A stretch of DNA of 64,000 nucleotides from positions 16,368,001 to 16,432,000 of the forward strand of contig CM120640.1 of assembly GCA_051362555.1 (NCBI GenBank), read 5' to 3'. This document shows positions 23,057-37,171 of the stretch, one piece after another (position 1 is the stretch's first letter; every line of letters begins with the position of its first letter). Below the pieces are notes generated by a model, which was not told the origin of the DNA, searched no databases, and saw only the letters and a list, made by a program, of their open reading frames with translations. The translations under genes and the position numbers were made by a program. The DNA is from Lingula anatina (Eukaryota > Animalia > Brachiopoda).

Positions 23057-26000
23057 TTATGACTTTATTTCCATAAGCTCATTAGAGTTATCTTCTTCCA
23101 TCTCATCCACATTTTGAGTTTTTTTTCTGGCTCTTTCCCACACATCTGTTGGCTTCTTTAGATGTGCAATTCTCTGGAAAATGAGTCCATTAAACATGTA
23201 GTCAAAGGCCAGGCAAAAATGTACACTAAATTTGAGGTTTTAGTAAGAAATAGCCATGTTACTGTGAATTCATACAAAATAGCCATATCTTAAGGAAATG
23301 TATACTGCTTCTCTGCATCAATCCTCTTTTTCTCTTACAATTTCTCTTACATTTTTTCAGTACTTACCTCACGGAGGGTTCCTTTGGTTGTGAGAATACC
23401 ATAAATCATCACCACTGGTAATGGGATCAGTGGGAGGGCAGCCAAACACCAGCCCATGTTAGTGGCCCACAGGGGGTACTCATAGTCACCATATTTTGGT
23501 GGCTTATATAAGACCAGGCTTGTGATCAGGCAAATCTAAAATAAAAAAATAAAAGTTCTTGCTGAGGTCCTGTTCAGTGTGAAAATTATGTAAAGTTGAT
23601 TCTGCAATTAAAAAAAAATTTTTTTCAGAATGAATTACTTTAGTTTTATTTTCAGATTACTAACTTGTTCAATTGGAAAGAGTGTTTCAGTTTTCCTTTC
23701 CCCTTGTCTTTTTGAAGAAGATTTTGAGGAGATTGTTGTTTGAAAGGCAAATGATTTTTATTTTCGGTTTTTGGAATACAGAATCAACTTTACCCGTAAA
23801 ACATGCCTGATCAATAACATCCCCAGTGCAAACTCAAAAGCAGAGATAAAAAACAAGGCTTTGCAAATGCATATATTGCATTGTTACTGTTTTGTCTCTT
23901 AAATAAAATCTTAAAAACTTCAGAAAAAAAAGAAAACACCAACACCCACATTTCTTTTTCACAAACAAAATTTTGAGTGGAGAGAATTTTAACAAATGGT
24001 TAATTTCATGCCATACGGGGACACCATGAATCAGTAGATATTCCAGGTTATAAAAATGTTGAATCAGCTTATTTAAAAAAAGAAAGAAAAAATTAGGAAT
24101 TAAAAAGGATTAGAAAAACTTCATGTTTCAAGATGTACATGTGGGGTACCAACAACATAGCTGTGCCTCCACCAAGCTGGCGCCAGGCTCGACACATCCT
24201 GATATGGTATATGTGGCCCCAACATCTAAAGTTTTCTGCTGCTTATCAAACAATAGATGTTGGGGAATTGTTGAGGTATGTTAGCATGAGGTGTAGGACA
24301 ACTATGGTTATATTTGCAATCTTGTTCCTGTTTGCAACAGGCTATTAACTGTAAGGAAAGAAAAAAAAAACTGCAGGGATCAACTTGCGACTTCTGCACA
24401 CAGCTTTACCAGAGTGGTTTATCTTTTAAGCATTTATCATAGTTATTACACACTACTTCAGCGCATATGTTACCACACCCTGCATTCTCTTACCACCAGC
24501 AAAAGGGGCGTAACTGTGTACCAACAGTATTTCCACAACGACGTGGGTCTGTATCCAATCATCATTTCTATGTCTCCGTAAAGTCTCTCCGCACCTGCGG
24601 CAGAGAGTCATTTATATCCAGCACAAAAACAAAGCAATCAGAAAAAATAACCCACAAGGAAAGACTTGGATTGAAATTTTGCTGCTCTGGCGTGCCACTG
24701 CCTAGGATCTGAAACTACTTTTACAAGTTTTTTTTTTTTAAGTGCCGCAGGTGTCTCAAGCAATATTTTGTGATAGGGTGTTTGTTTTAACTGCATAAGA
24801 GAAAGATACTTTTCTTTTTGTATATAAAACAAGAAGAGTTGGAATATTAAAAGCGAAATAAGTCTTGAAAGTTGAAAGAATTTTAGAGAGAATATCCAAA
24901 AAGTTGACAAATCTTGCCTTTGTTGAACACCTGCTATGCACTAAAAGAGTTGCTGTTTTATTTCTGGCTGAACATGAAGTTAAGTTAATATACGTACTCA
25001 CTGATACCAAAATTAATTGGTGCACCCAAATGATACCAGATGAAACTTCAAAAGGAGAATATATATCCAATTTAACACTGAAACAATGGGATATAAACAT
25101 ACTCTTCCACATGATATTAAAGGCAACTTGTTGGTTAGAATGCAAAGTACTGATATTTTCTATGGATCAAACATAATAATTGTTACAGGTTGTATGGGAA
25201 AACTGCATTTTTTCAACAAAAAAGTGAAGCCAATTAATATGTCTTTATTTGTACATTCAACCATCAAAATATTAGCATAGTTTTGATATTAAAATATCCA
25301 CATTTATTGATTTTTTTCATCTGCCAAGTTTACAAGTGCATTTCAGATAAAAACCCAATGATTGATCATGTCAATCCCCTGGTTAGCACCAAAGTGATAC
25401 ATGGTGAAGATAACAGTACTTGCATTATTTTTCATTTATAAAACCATACAATATATACATTTGGAAGTTTCCTTTATACCGCATTGGAAGAGCATTGTAT
25501 TTAGGACTTTGGGACAGGGGGAAGTGTGGTATTGTTTATTTTCTTTCGACAAATAATTTCAACATACCAGTTTTTGTACAATTGCTATGCAATTTTTCTA
25601 ATTTTATGGCCAAATGAAAAAAAATCATAAAGGAATAAATATAAAGATTAAATAAAGCATGATGAAAATATAGCACATATTGGATATAATCTCCCTTTAT
25701 ATGTAAATATGTGAAAAAAGACCACATTTAATGCCCTTCTTTTCTTCACACTTTCATATTTCTTTCTGGTGACAACTTTTTTGCAATGTTTTGGCACAAC
25801 ATGTAAAAATAAGTATCCAGTTCCTAGTAGTGAAAAACTTAGAACTGGGAGGGACCTTGGCTAGTCTTTGTGGCTGATTTCAACTTTGTTATATGCTTAT
25901 GACTTCTGATGTGAGATTTTATGAAAAAAAGTATAATTTATAAAAAAAGGTTTATTTTATTTAAATTTTTTTTGGTTACACAACAAATGGGAGAATAAAA

Positions 26001-29000
26001 CACAGTTCCAAATTTGGTGTTCAGAAAAAAATGTTGTTTGTGTTGAACAGGTTTTGTAAAAAAAACAAAAAAAAAACAACCTATGACTATAACCCAGAGT
26101 TTCTCTCTGCATTTTTTTAACATAGCTGTATCTAAAGAATTATCATTAATAAAAAAAAAATAGAATTTTTAGCATTTTATGAATGGCGTAACCACATAGG
26201 ATAGAACTGTTACAAACAAACTGGAAAATCTCACTCTTTATTATGTGTTGATAGTCAAAAAAGAAACTTTTATTTTATGTATTGGGCAGTTGTAGCTGTT
26301 AGGAGAGTGATGCTTAAAAAGGGGTTTTAAAATTTTCAGAATTATATTTTCATATAGAATATATGTTTGTCTTTTTGTTTTGAAATTATTAACCTTATTA
26401 AAATTGCAGAACAAAGAATAGAGTCTGTACATTGAAGTAACTCATAATTGTTAAGGGTAAGGAGAGCACATTTGCTAACTTTCATGTTAAAACTTTGAAG
26501 CTTGCTAGTTTAAGCTCATAATTGAGCCCTTACTACTGCACTATTAGAGACCATTCCCAGAGACTGTCGTACTAACTTTGGATCGATCTATCTCCGAGGG
26601 GGTTCTCACTAAATTGCTATCAACTTAAGCGGCTTAGACGTCTCGCATGCCCACTGAAACTGTTAGAGGGTAATTAACTATCGTTCAGCAGTAACAGTAG
26701 GCATGCCAGACATATAAACCGTTTAAGCTTAAAGCAATTTAGTGAGAAACCCCTTGGAGATGGATCGATCCAGTTAGATCGAACTAGGCATGGGAACCCA
26801 GTCTTACATATAGTTTACCTGACACTCTAGAAAAGGCTAAAAAGGCATATAAGATGGAAATAAAATGCAAAGAAAGAAACTCAAGAAAAGACACTGATAA
26901 TGTCAAAATGAAGATTTAATTCTTCCTTAAACTCTGAAATAAAAATGCAATTTTCAAGGATTAGCTCTGATGACCACTGAGTATAAATTCACTGATCCTG
27001 AGCCATATAAGCAGGGGCCAATTCAGAGATATTTTATGACAGTCTTCAAAATTATATTTGTTGAAACATCCTTCATTTTTGACTGTCTTCAGACAGCAAA
27101 AATTTTATGTCTGTCAATGTAAACTAAAAAAATTCTGACCGTCCCTGAAGACCCAGGAGACTGCTCCTGTTTGCCTCTGATATAAGATTAAAAAGTATAA
27201 ATAATGTGGATAAAAAGGGCTATAAATTTTTTAACTGATATATATATATATATAGTGTGGGGTTATGTGGCATATGGCATATGGGTTCAGTGAATAACCT
27301 CAGAGTCTGCTGTTGTTGCAACTTTTCTGAAAAAGAATGGATCAGCTTAAATGCATATGTAGTGATATTTTTCTTGCTGAAAATGTATCAATTTGCTCAT
27401 TCATGCCTCTCTTACAATACAGGACATACATTGCATAACTCTATAAAACCTGTGTAATAGACTTCTTAAAATATTTTCAATTATTATTAGTAGATTATCA
27501 CTGGTCTGGATATATTTTTCAAAATGAAATTGCCACAAATAACCTATTCACATGAATATTTTGAAGAATCAATCAATTTTTTTTAATTGGAGAAACTATT
27601 TTTCTGTCCAAGGTCGAAAAATATCACTATATATTCATACAAATAGAAATAACTCTTGATTTTTAATGTAAAATAATCAGAAGCTTGACAATGTTACTTA
27701 CTCCATCTCAAGCTTGTTATTTTCTGTGACTAAACACTCTGAAGACCCTAAGGGTTCAATTAAATGTAGTAAAATGGAAGTAAGAAGAGAGGAAGCATGT
27801 GTCTTACCGTAGACATATGATATCACCAAGCATTCACTGAGTGCCAAGACTGCCACAGGAACAGCTGCAGAGTACCAATCAAGAACTTGAAAAACATAGA
27901 CGCCTCCCTATGAATACATATAAAAAACTTCAAAAACCTGAATTTTCCCTTTTTTTTTTTTTTTTTTTTTAGAAATCTCTTTTAATTTGTAAAATTAGAC
28001 AGTGATACCACGTCTGAATTGAGTCACATAGCAGGTCATCAAAGTTGAACTACGTAGTGTTTTTAAGGTAACTAACAGCAAATGCACTGTATACCATGGG
28101 TCAAGAAGATGCAAGTGCTATTAACAAGTGCAATGCATTATCGGAAGAATCATACATTTGCTGCAGTGGTGTATTGGTATCTTACTTATGCTATGGTGAA
28201 TGTGAAAAATTAGACCCCATTCCCATAGACACCATCGGTCTACGTGGATCGACCCAACTCTGCGGGGACTCTTGCCAAATGCTAACAGCTTTACTGAATG
28301 ACATGCCTCCTCTTGTTTCCAACACCAGGAGCTAAAAGGTGTGTCATTCGATCAGTTAAGCTGAATGTTGTCCCCGCAGAGTCCCCGCAGAGTTGGGTCG
28401 ATCCATGTAGATTGATGGTGTTTATGGGAAAGGGGCCTTACACAGAGATGTGACATGACATGCATGTATGCAAGATACACCACATCCGTGCTTTGTTCTC
28501 AACATTCCCTGTGGTATAAGAAGCAATTTTAGACTAACAGAATGCTTACATTGGTAATACAGGGAAGTCCAAGCAGCATGAGAACAATACAAATTCCAGC
28601 AGTACACAGCATTCTTTTCTTCATCAGGTATTTACCACCAGATTCTATGAGACCTGTGGACAGTGTCTCCATCATACCAAACTATGATGGAAAAGATAAT
28701 CAATGATAAATCAAATCAAATTAAGTGCATGGAGAAGTAGCTGTAGAATACACACACACACATGAAATAAATGATAATAATAACAATTTTAAAAAAAACC
28801 AAATAATATCTACATCTATAATAATAAAGATATTTTCTGATACAAATATAGTGAAATAAAAAGACTGTGGCTACCCCTACTAATACTGTAGGACAGCTGG
28901 CATTAGAAAGACAATTTGATAAATTCTTGGCTAACAAATTCATAATTGGCCCAGTACCAATTTCTGTTAGAAAAAGATAAGTGCATGAGTGGGTTTTCAT

Positions 29001-32000
29001 ATTTTAAGTTGTCATATGTTAGTTTAACCTCACAGTGCACACATACCTGTGTATCCAAGCCAATGGTCAGCAACATCAAAAAGAAGAGAACTGCCCAGAT
29101 AGGGGACATTGGCAGGCGGGATATGGCCTCAGGGTAGGCTACAAATACTAGGCCAGGACCTAAACATTAATTAACATGGGTTTGTCAATATATGATTTAA
29201 ATACTGTATTTGTGGTGTTCACCTATTCGTTTATTAATTCATTATTGACAAGCACTTATTTATTTATATATCCTTTCATTTTTGTATTCTTTTATGTTCT
29301 TAGTTTCTCGTTTATGTCAACAGGAACTCTTTATGTATAGGAAAACAACATGCATTCATTTCTAATTTGACATTTTGAATGCAGTTAATGTTAATCTGTT
29401 AAACTGATTGCATTATGTGAGGGACCCCATAGTGAGACCCTACGTAGACTGATAGTTTCAATGGGAACAAGCCGTAAACGTTTGCTTACCTGAGGTGATA
29501 ACTTTGTCCACTGGCAGATTGGCTTCCTTTGCCATAAAACCAATGATAGAGAACACCACAAACCCTGCGTAGAAACTTGTTCCACAGTTTATAAGTGGAA
29601 TCATCAGAGCATCCCTACAATGATATCAACTACATGTATTTTATCAGAAACGAGGGAAAAGAGTACATATCACAGGCCGTATATGGGGTTGCTAATGCAT
29701 GAGTTTGTGTGATAAAATTTAACATGTTTAAGAAATGATCAGTACAGTGCGCTGGCGAATTCAAAATAAAACTTAGTTTGAAAACAAATGGAGTTTGTTT
29801 TTGTTGCCTGAAGACATCACTTGCTTAGTCTATGTTTTGGTGTCTTTTGAAGCATCCTTGGGAGACAAATGGACGGTTAATTTTTTAATTTACTTTCTTT
29901 CCTCTGGTATGCTTAAAGACATTTCGCAAAAGACATTCAATTGAGACAAGGTTCTTATCTTTACAAAATGTACAAGTATGAATTTAAGTTTTCCCTTACC
30001 TGTAACAGTTGTGGTGGAATCGGTTGAAACTAGCCATGGTAATAAGACCTCCCCATGCCACCCCCACGGAGTAGAAGATTTGTAGGCATGCTTCAACCCA
30101 TACCTGAAGAAATACATGTCAACATAAATACATGCAAAATGCAGGATTCTTGGAAATCCCACACGAAGGCCTTAATTTAATCAGCATGCACGCAATCACT
30201 AGTAGTATGCTGTATCCATAGAAATATGATTCATTAAAACCTTGACAGATTTCCTGCAAAATCCACTCCAGTACAACCATTGTTCTGCTTCTGCCGACTA
30301 TATGTGCAAAGAGATGTAGAGAACCTTCTCTTTATACTTCTCTTTGTTACGTGTATCTGCATACGTTAAGTTAGTTCTGTCTGACCACAATGACAGCTAG
30401 TAGTCTGTTAGAATTATTGTATCGGCCTACTTTATACTTTATTTTTGTATACAGTTTTAGAGGCCCCGGAGAGTATACCGGTATGTTAAGCGTGACCTAA
30501 AATACAGGGTGCCCCAGTGCAGTTTGTATTGTTCGCACATGTACATGTAGGTAATCGTTTTGTTTATCTCATTTTGTAATGATGTTGAAATCAAAGCATG
30601 CTTAAATCAATTATGTGCCTTTGTTTTCAAGCAATTGCATTCGGTTTGTGGTAATTCAGTCTGATCCAACAGCTCAACAGCGCAGTATTAACTCTAAGGG
30701 CGTTTTCCCAGAGATTTAGATCGATCCAGGGATTAAGATTTAGATCGACCTAACTCCCTGGGGGTTCACGCTAAATTGCAGTCAACCAAGCGCACCATAG
30801 TTAATTACCCCCTTACAGCTTTCAGTAGGCGGGACAGACGCTTAAGGCGGCTAAGTTGACAGTAATCTAGTGAGACTCCCCACAGGGATAGATCGATCTA
30901 AAATCTATGGAAATGGGGTCTAAGAGGCCCAAGTTACATATGACGACTTTTTAGGTCTATATCTTGCATTGATCCATATGGTGCTTTTTATTGATGAAAA
31001 CATACATTTCTTATGCGTCTAATTGCATCTTTCTTACCCTCACGCCATGGCACCGTAATACATGTTTATCTGACATGAAAAGAACTGACTCTGTTTATTT
31101 CCATTCTGAATGGCATTTTGTCTCGTTAATCAGGATTGACTACAAAAATCCAGTCACTTTCAGATTCTCTCACACTTATGATAATACTAACAACTCGCTT
31201 ACAAACGAGATTAAGGTAAATGAGATTTGCCATAATTAAAACGCACCTTAAAGTCGGCGAGTCTGTTGAAGTCCGGTTTGAGGTAGAAGATCACTCCATC
31301 GATAGCCCCCGGGAGCAGGGCGCCACGGATCAGAAGTATGGTCAGCATGAGGTAAGGCAGGGTGGCCGTTACGTATACAACCTGCAAGTGAGAGATAATA
31401 TTATTGATTTTATTCATTTTAAGTCACGAAAAAATGTGTTCAGAAAACTATAGCTATAAAAGGCCCGGGTTAAAAATACTTTGCTCATATCTTGTATTGA
31501 TCCACAGGCAGCGGGCGAATCGGGAGGAATATATTCAACACTTAATGATGCGTAACATGGCTTTTGCTTTCTGTTCTCTAGCGGATTGGTTATATTTCAT
31601 GTGTATTGGCATTAACTGCGCTAAGTTTTTCATTATGATGAGCTCAACGACTTTGAAATATTAAAACACTGATAATGATTTTTTTTTTCATTTCAACCAA
31701 ATTTGACTTCACCGAAACACTACATTCCAATTTATTTATTATTGCATGATAATAGACGTATCCTCTATCTTGCCGACATATCGGAGGCATATATGAATAC
31801 CCCTGTGCGTCATTATCGCTGTAAAATGACAAAAGCTCCCTATTGCAACGAGTAACAGTATAGTTTTTTTTTTTTAGAATCCCAAATTCCTTGCTTCATT
31901 ATCCGTAATATGTTAAAATTGGGTAAAATGATGGGGGGATATCACAGTATGTAACACAATTTTTTTTTAGATTTTACATATACAATATTTAATACCGTTT

Positions 32001-35000
32001 GTTCGTCTTATCTTGTTTTTTATTCTCAACCAGTGCACTGATGCCAAAATTTTTGGTCTTGCAGCAGGTGTAGTGGTGGCAATAACCACCACCATTGGTA
32101 GAGCTATTAATCAAATAGTATAGCCCATTTTTCCCTCTGTGTGATATATTTCGTTTTTGTCATATATCTTTGATGAACAATTACAGAAATCGATTTTAGC
32201 TTCTGCCAACTTCCCAAAACGCTTGAGTCTATGTCAGCAGTGGTGGCCGAGTTGCCAATTTCTTTTCGCTGAAATGTGTGAATTGTTGACTGCAAGGATA
32301 TTTTGTTATGGCATTTAGAAATCACGTAACAGGCAACGTACAAAAACATTTGTCAACCGCAGGGTTCCTATTACTGTTAAAATTGAAAATATTTTGCCAT
32401 ATTTAAGACAACCCAGCTGGGGGACACATGAGGCTTATCACCTAAACCCAATAAAGAGGTGCAAATCATGTCTCAGGCACGCTCTTTAAAATATTTAGTG
32501 CACGGATTAGAAACTATGTTTGATTATTTTACGGTTCCACATGAAGAAGTGCGTATCACAGTTCAATTCATCTTCTAACACCGAAAAGGAACCTACGTTA
32601 GTGTCACAAATGGAAAACTTTCAACTGCGGAAACGTTTTACTCACTATGAAAATTCGATGAGCACATGTATTGTTCTTTAATTTTTAACCTATAAGAATA
32701 ACGTCGAATAGAACTATTTTTTTTAGTTTGTTTGGATTTAAAATAAGGTATTTGAGATGTTCTGTGCATTTTATTTTTAGAAATTATACAATGCTGCCGA
32801 GCATAAAATTATTTCGTATTTAATATGATAAAAATTGTTTTTACTTGAATTGAAGGGGCTTTTGAACTGGGGTCTTATGTCCTTGGCTATTGCCTCTCAT
32901 ATTGGATGCTATTTTGGATTTCTAAGTTTTTTAAAATACCGACGAAAAATTAAACTACCAGAATCGATCTGCTTAGCATAGTAACTGAAATAAGAAATAT
33001 GAACCAAGATACGAGCAAAATGGAAGGGGTTTTTGATAAAAATCACTGGTGGCAATATTAGTTTCTTCAAATATAGCGACATTTAAAACACAAAGTAAAA
33101 TGATATGAACAGTGAGCCAACGGCAGTATACAAATATCGATTCACGTCTAAGTTTTCGAATTTACTGGCTTCAATTTCGAATTGAAAATTGATAACCACA
33201 ATAACCTTCACAATCTTCACAAGTCCACAATAACCTTACCTTTCCCGATGATTTCACTCCCTTACACAAACACAAGAATGTAATGACCCAGGCGCCCGCG
33301 AGACACAGCACCAACTGCCAGCGGACACTTCCTGGGTGTTCAATTCCCTTAGAAATCTCCAAGACATTAAACCTGGAATTCAAATCAATAGTGCTTTAAA
33401 ACGTTTTTTTACCTATAATTCCCTTAGAAATCTCCAAGATATTAAACCTGGAATTTAATTCAATAGTGCTTTAAAAAGTTTTTTTACCTACAGCGCAGCC
33501 AAGCAAGTCTAAAGGTAGCAGGTTTCTAACATTTTGCAAGCTTTCCTAATAGGAGCAATAACGGCCTACACGAAAAAAATATATGTACAGAAATAGGAAC
33601 TCACTCCCAAAACTCCTCAGCCGGAGTCACCAGTTTCTTGGTGACGTTCTCAACAGTTAACTCCGTGATGGATTCGTTGAAGGTGCTGTTCTCACCGCCT
33701 CTTTGCACACACCATTCCGTGTTCCAGTCATTGTTGCAAGATTTCCAGGGCACCTCCGACTGGAAGGACATTCCGAAGAAGTAGAGCGTCCAGGCCAAGA
33801 TGACATTATAATAGATGCAGCATATTCCAGAAACGATCACCATCCCATAGCCAATGCCTAAAATTTAACCGTAAGAAAAAATGATAACAATAACCATTTT
33901 AAGTCTAAACCCCATAAAATGCTTAGCAGACTTTCAAGAATGATAAAATATTGATTGCAATAAAAACTAAATTATTGGACTAAAATTGGATTAAAAGAGT
34001 TATTCTTATGTTTAAAAATATGATACTTAAAACATAACATTTTAAACTTTTTGAAATTTAACTTTGAAAATGACAAGCGCTTACATCAAAACAAGAGTTT
34101 GTTCACTGCGCAAATTGTAAAAAACAGCATAATTTTTGGAAAAATGGTCGGATCAAGCTGATATTCGAACTCGACCTGTATTTTACTAATATTTGTCGGT
34201 CCTGTAAGTTTGAAGACAAAAGGTCAAACGGTTATCTATTCATTGTGTTATCTCTGAAAGAGCACGTCGACGACACCGACTCCGACGACAGACGGAGGTG
34301 ATGGCTACTGACACTGTCTGTACATAAAAACAAATAAATGCATAAACTAATGTTCAAAGTCGATTTCACGAACAATTTTAATGGGCTTGATGGAGAATTG
34401 TGAAAATGCATGTTCCCTCGCCTAAAGCCCCCTTTACACTGGGCGGCGTCCTTTTTGCGTCCAGCAGTACGGCCCCATTTGAGAGTTAAAAAATTATAAT
34501 ACTTACCGTGCTGACAACTGGCCGATCATTGAGCATTCATTCTGATACAAAATCAATGCTCGTGTCTCCTTATTAAGACCACAGCGATGCCAAATTTCAT
34601 GGTTGCAGAAAGGCCGCAGAAAGGGCGCCGGCCAGTGTAAAGGGGGTATAAGTAAAGAATTATGTTTGACACGAGATGATGCAGATGTGAGACACCCCAA
34701 GTTCTTAACCGCAAACTATCAGTGAATTCTGCACAAGTTATGCCTAGACCGATTCGGCAACAACTGTCCAAAATGTGGCCACTGTGTGGTAGACTAACGT
34801 ATATTCATGTCATAAGCACCACTTGTCATCGCACACTGAGACAAACATCAACAACTGGCCGTCATCACTTGTCATGAAGATAACTGGCATATAATTACGC
34901 CTCTCTTATATCTACAATACATTTTGGCGGCAACGTGCATGGCAAAGCAGGCATGATGATTGATGGTGTTTTCGCATGGCTTAGCTCACAGGGTAAATTT

Positions 35001-37171
35001 ATTCTAACGCTGACTCAAAATTTCACCTCGAGGTGATGGGTATGGTATTTGGATAAATGGTTTTGACAGCCAGAAAGGTTAGGTACACATTTAGTGAAAT
35101 GTTCTGAAGATTTTATATTTAATCACATTTTTTTTTTTCGGATTGAATTTTTAGATTTAACCCACCCCCATAGTATAAACCACACAACGTAATCAAATTC
35201 ACCCGTGTGCTTTTAAGCAAATAGATATTCACCAGAGATACCTTAAATGTGCAGGGATGAACGGAGAGGGACAGTTTTATGCAAATATTTGGTTACTAGA
35301 AAGCCTGACTGTTATCTTTTGAGCAGTCGAAAGCTCAAACCTTAGGCAAGTTCAAATATATATTTCAACCATTTTCTGTGGAAACAGATTTTCTAGGATG
35401 AATACCTGTCCCTAGCCAGTTCTGAGAACCAGAGCCAACACCAATACAAAAATACAAAACAATGCATCTACGCACAATTTTAAGTAATCTTGGCAGGGTT
35501 CCTGACACAGTTTTCACTATGGGAGTCCGTTGTATGACTCAAAATATGTTAATCCATACATACTGTTGTTTATGTGGTGTAGATTGCGGACAGCGTTTTT
35601 TTTACGAAGGTAATAAGACGACCTGATCGTATTACCTTTAAATAGCGGGCTAGCGCTCCATATGGAAAGGGGGCTACAGCGTGAAAACTGCCCAATGGAC
35701 AACTCCATGAAGTACAGAGGAATCCCACACAGGAACATAAACATGAAGTATGGGATCAGGAACGCGCCTGAAACGAGAACACAAATTGTTTTTATGTTAT
35801 GCACTTTTGATCTTCCTTAACGGCTCAGTGCTTCACAAATACATAATGAAGAAAAAAACCTATATGCATGTAGAATTACCGCTTTGTAGATACGTGCTAC
35901 CTGATCTATGCCGACACTGGTCAGAGCTTCAAAATACATCCATTTCATTACGCTTCACAAATTCAAGAAAATCTTACTTTTTGAGCACCAAATTCTAAAT
36001 CTAAAAACGTATCATTAAAAAATTCATGAGTAGATTCTTTTGAGGGCTTTTTAAAAGGACTAGGTGAACACTTTTAATTCTACATAATTCAAATTAAGTT
36101 ATCTTAATCATTTTTTTCCTTTTCTTTTCCAGGCCTTTTATATTCTATATTCATGTGTTAGAATTTTTGTAATAATAATAATAATTAATTATTATTATTA
36201 TTAAGTGCCCCCCTTGACTACTAGTACATGTTACTTGATGAAGTACATAGGGTTTGTGTTGGGAATTCGGTTATAGGTTCCACATTTCAAGCCGTCAGCA
36301 ATCTCAAGTAAGTGACAGACGTTCCCTGATCAATATGCCTTCCTTTACCCTGTGCTATTGATAGTTCCAAGGTAATATGGTAATAGATTCTTGATGATTC
36401 ATACTACTCAGAATACGATTAAAGGCATACATTGGGCATTAAATCTTTATAGAGCACAAAAAAGATTTTCCTCTCAACCAAAACCCTTGGGACAATTACG
36501 TTTTATAAATTCGTTTTTGTGTTCCAAGTATCTAATTTGTGCGTCAAGAGATGGGGACTGGCGAGTTTAACTCATAAGACCTGGTAAAAACAGAAAATTC
36601 AAACTCATAACGGGATCAGAATTTCTGATAATTCTATATAGGATAGTCCTATAGGCCTATACCTTGGTGTTGAGATTTCCAGGAAAATTATCATTATTAT
36701 TATTATATAAACGTCAAACGCAAAGTGCATGCCTTGAAACGATTTTAATCTAAATAATTAAAATATTGAGTTGCATATGACGAATATCTTTGACTATCAT
36801 CTCTGTACACTATATCAAATAAATGTTATATAGAGTATATATATATCTTTACCTCCTCCATTTCTGATACAGAGATAGGGAAATCTCCACAGATTCCCCA
36901 GTCCTACGGCGTACCCTACACACGAGAGGAAGAAATCCACCTGGAGGCCCCACGTGCCTCGTTCCTCGCTATCGTGGCTCGTCTCGCTGCTAGTGTTCCC
37001 GTTCAGTAAGCTGGCGGCGGTGGACGTCTCAGTGCTGATAACACTGAGCTTCTCGGTCTTCTCGGGGTCCGTGCATTCGCCATTGGCGTCCACCACGGCA
37101 GGGCCGTCGATCAGGGGTTCCTTGGTCTCTTGTGCACCAGCGTTTTGGTCGGTAGGAATGTGGGTGTTCAT
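23057..37171 (-). CDS. SLC6 sodium/chloride-dependent transporter, glycine transporter (GlyT)-like, paralog A
   Basis: Exons 36853-37192 (ATG 37171; RGTW...[22 protein letters not shown]), 35636-35767, 33605-33857, 33240-33372, 31247-31381, 30000-30103 ([18 protein letters not shown]), 29490-29614, 29047-29159 ([12 protein letters not shown]...GLDTQ), 28550-28681, 27808-27907, 24494-24594, 23368-23535, 23057-23173 (TAA). The 12-TM SLC6 frame is complete. A possible upstream in-frame start lies at 41142. Confidence 0.92.
26547..26803. mobile_element. PIF/Harbinger-type palindromic MITE
   Basis: TTA TSD, internal inverted arms, and a homologous copy at 57224-57480. Confidence 0.75.
28213..28437. 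mobile_element. PIF/Harbinger-type MITE
   Basis: TTA TSD; TIR GACCCCATTCCCATAGACACCATC...GACCCAACTCTGCGGGGACTC is mirrored at the right end. Confidence 0.8.
30698..30920. mobile_element. PIF/Harbinger-type MITE, same family core
   Basis: TAA flanks; inverted GATCGATC and CTAAATTGCAGTCAAC arms. Confidence 0.65.
33342..33490. repeat. 75-bp tandem duplication spanning a splice acceptor of SLC6 paralog A
   Basis: 33342-33415 is about equal to 33417-33490 (aattcccttagaaatctccaaga.attaaacctggaatt...tttaccta). Confidence 0.85.
34090..34330 (-). mobile_element. Single-unit relative of the 161-bp HINE family
   Basis: ACAAGAG start, one diverged 161-bp unit, then GACGAC...GGTGATGGCTA...TGTCTGTACATAAAAA as at 7670-7736. 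Confidence 0.65.
34426..34648. mobile_element. PIF/Harbinger-type MITE
   Basis: TIR CCCCCTTTACACTGG / CCAGTGTAAAGGGGG with TAA flanks. Confidence 0.65.

Noticed and set aside
25002-25077. Possible 76-nt cassette exon (tttcag...gtgagt) in an SLC6-A intron
   Set aside because: It shifts the frame, contains an in-frame TAA and has no SLC6 similarity. It could be a poison exon, but the sequence alone does not support that.
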